A DNA stretch of 64,000 nucleotides, from NCBI GenBank assembly GCA_964019425.1, contig OZ025782.1:372001-436000 (forward strand). Direction: 5' to 3'. Positions 61,818 to 64,000 of the stretch are shown piece after piece. This DNA is from Flectonema sp. DT1601. Its lineage: Eukaryota. The number at the start of each line of letters is the position of its first letter. Position 1 is the stretch's first letter. Position numbers and translations under genes: made by a program. A model generated the notes under the pieces. It saw nothing but the letters and a program-made list of their open reading frames with translations, searched no databases and was not told where the DNA came from.

Positions 61818-61908
61818 CCCCGCGCCCTGTAGACGACCCAATCACGGAGATTGTGCTTTATAGCTTTCGGCTGGGAATATCAATTCCCAGCTGTCCACCT
61901 TGCTCAGC
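61818..61908 (-). mobile_element. Diverged family B relative
   Basis: gacccaatcacggagattgt...ggctgggaatatcaattcccagctgtccaccttgc aligns with the family B body. Confidence 0.65.
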
Positions 61909-62191
61909 AAAGTGAACAAACAAAAACAACTAAAAAAAAGTTGAAGAGATATCAAACATCAAAATATTTTATCACTTTTTTTTTTTTTTTTTTTAAGTTG
62001 ATTTTGTTTGTTTTTTTAAAAGAAAAAAAAAAAAAAAAATTGCCTTTATAAGCAGGTTGTATTTTAAAAAAAAAAAAAAATTGAGAGGCGCAGAGAGGGA
62101 GAAAATTACATTAAAAAAAAAAAAAATAAAAAAAATCTGCGATGAAAAGAATTAAAAAAATACAAATAATAATAATAATAATAAACGACTA

Positions 62192-64000
62192 TCAACAAAC
62201 AGATGGGCCGAATGCTTCCATGCGACTTAGTATCGCACCAGTTGTTGTGAGTATGGTTCCTACTCCAGACACTTCCAGGACTGGTATTGCTGGAGCAGAT
62301 GTCCCTGGGTATAAGTCAGCAAAAATATCTAACGTGGTTTCAAGCCATTCAACAAACGGTCCATTTTCATCTGAAGACTGAGGCGTGTATTGCTTTAGTT
62401 GTGAGCGAGCTAATTCGAAACTATTTGAATTTATTAACTCACTCATCGCTGACTCTGGTCCAGGTTCTTGTCTTCTGGCAGCATCATCCAACTCGTACAT
62501 CCACTCTTTAGAATGGAGACGAGCAAGAGTCTCACACAGTAAGACTGCAGTCTCAATTAGCTTACCCTCCACAATAGAAGCGACGTTGAAGAATCTACAA
62601 AACTTAAAGCAATGACCCCACAGATCAATACACTTACTGTGTGGTAGTATACATCTCGCCCTTGATGCTTGCGCAAGACGGCATAGGTTGTCAGCTTCTT
62701 CTATGAGTCCACCCATTATGTGAAATGTTTTTATTTTATCATTTCCGAGAGAACCACAACAAGCAAGACCACTTTGGACACCACAGCTTGCGTTTGACAT
62801 TTGGTTTGTTATAGAGGTTGCGACTTGACAAATTCTTTTAACATCAGCTCTCCGAACATCAGTCATTGATCCCCAAGTTCCAACAACAGAGTCTTCGCTA
62901 ACACGGTGAGTAGTTCCGTATGTCTTCTCAATTTCATGAAGACAAACAGTTAGGAATTCCGTATGCATTCTTTCCAATGATTTCTCTGGAGAATTCGAAT
63001 CTGGTTTCGTAAACAACCTTCTAACCACAAGAACTGATACATTTCGTACTGCTTTGTCTAATCTCCTTCCCAACCCAAGTCGTCCTGCAGCGAGAGTACC
63101 ACTGCCAGCACCAGTAGAGCTTGTTTGACTTGGTTGTTTTGTGTTTGTTGTGTCTGTGATTACAGTTTCTTGACAACTATCTTCCTCATTACGAGCAGCT
63201 TTGATAACTGATTGTGGAATGTATTTAACGAATTCTTTCATCATGATCGTAATGTCTCTTATTGCTGATTGAATTCTATCCGGATTCTCAATCGTTAAAA
63301 CCCTCTCAAGAGAATGAAAATCCAACACAGTAATAGCCTCAGCCATCTCTGCTGCTAACACCTGAGCACCAAAAGCATTGTCATAACGTTGTTTTTCTTT
63401 TCTCCAATTTCTGATGAATGCTCCGAGTAAACAAGCGACAAGTGAAACGACTACACCCGACACGATTCCGACAATCATCCAAACCTGATCATCCGAAGAA
63501 CCTTCTTCTGGAAAAATTAAATTTCCATTACACCTCAACGTCGAGAAAATCTCATCGGTGTTGTTATTAGCAATCGGAAACATCATGTGTTTTCTAAGTG
63601 ATTCAGTAATTTTTCTTGGTTGGAGTGCCCATTTTGCAAACAAAGCATGAGCCTTAAAACAACCAGTTGACGCGACATTCTTCCTTACAAACATAACAGT
63701 TTTATATATAAACGGATAAATGGAATCACCAGAGGTGAGCACACTGAGAGATGGTGTCACTGGAACACCATTAACAGCTGGATATACCAGAGGGAGTTTC
63801 CATTGATCTGCCATTAAGAAATCAACAACAGCAATGCATCCAACATTTTTTTTAACATACTCTGCAACATCCAAGTGAGAATCAAGTATAACATCAGGAA
63901 GTCGAACTGGGATGTGACGAAGTGATGTAAAGTGATTAGCAAGTTGGTTCATCATCCTGTGATATAAAACTAAACTCTTATGAGCGACTACTTGAACGGG
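62192..64000 (-). CDS. Receptor-type protein with TM helix and degenerate class III nucleotide cyclase domain; 5' end outside window
   Basis: The frame is open from 64000. TM segment VWMIVGIVSGVVVSLVACLLGAFI, then EFVKYIPQSV, SEDSVVGTWG, GVQSGLACCGSLG...FHIMG and EWMYEL. Confidence 0.8.
   Translation of the reverse strand, partial: PVQVVAHKSLVLYHRMMNQLANHFTSLRHIPVRLPDVILDSHLDVAEYVKKNVGCIAVVDFLMADQWKLPLVYPAVNGVPVTPSLSVLTSGDSIYPFIYKTVMFVRKNVASTGCFKAHALFAKWALQPRKITESLRKHMMFPIANNNTDEIFSTLRCNGNLIFPEEGSSDDQVWMIVGIVSGVVVSLVACLLGAFIRNWRKEKQRYDNAFGAQVLAAEMAEAITVLDFHSLERVLTIENPDRIQSAIRDITIMMKEFVKYIPQSVIKAARNEEDSCQETVITDTTNTKQPSQTSSTGAGSGTLAAGRLGLGRRLDKAVRNVSVLVVRRLFTKPDSNSPEKSLERMHTEFLTVCLHEIEKTYGTTHRVSEDSVVGTWGSMTDVRRADVKRICQVATSITNQMSNASCGVQSGLACCGSLGNDKIKTFHIMGGLIEEADNLCRLAQASRARCILPHSKCIDLWGHCFKFCRFFNVASIVEGKLIETAVLLCETLARLHSKEWMYELDDAARRQEPGPESAMSELINSNSFELARSQLKQYTPQSSDENGPFVEWLETTLDIFADLYPGTSAPAIPVLEVSGVGTILTTTGAILSRMEAFGPSVC

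Overview
AT-rich, homopolymer-rich eukaryotic nuclear DNA, most likely a euglenozoan protist and probably a diplonemid (inference from euglenozoan-type SSU/LSU rRNA fragments, a one-strand gene cluster and the gene families). All ~15 credible host genes lie on the minus strand: a repeat/coiled-coil protein, a coiled-coil protein, a PPR protein, two PTAI-mucin multi-pass membrane paralogs, transketolase, a 1677-aa kinesin, an ArfGAP, three SDR oxidoreductases, a RanBP2-ZnF/tRNA-binding protein, two hypothetical spliced genes and a degenerate receptor-type cyclase. Long gene-free stretches hold two co-oriented SINE-like families, other dispersed repeats and two rDNA fragments. The most unusual items are: (1) a rearranged block at ~41.3-46.2 kb made of a partial duplication, a 5'-truncated RLE non-LTR retrotransposon, apparent captured gene fragments, a truncated bacterial-type phospholipase C and a 924-bp TIR element; (2) a kinesin fused to a SHIP-like PH/pseudo-5-phosphatase/C2 module; (3) a SINE-like family whose hairpins show compensatory base changes; (4) short GT-AG introns with U-rich 5' and A-rich 3' halves and no polypyrimidine tract. 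All calls were made by eye; no searches were run.
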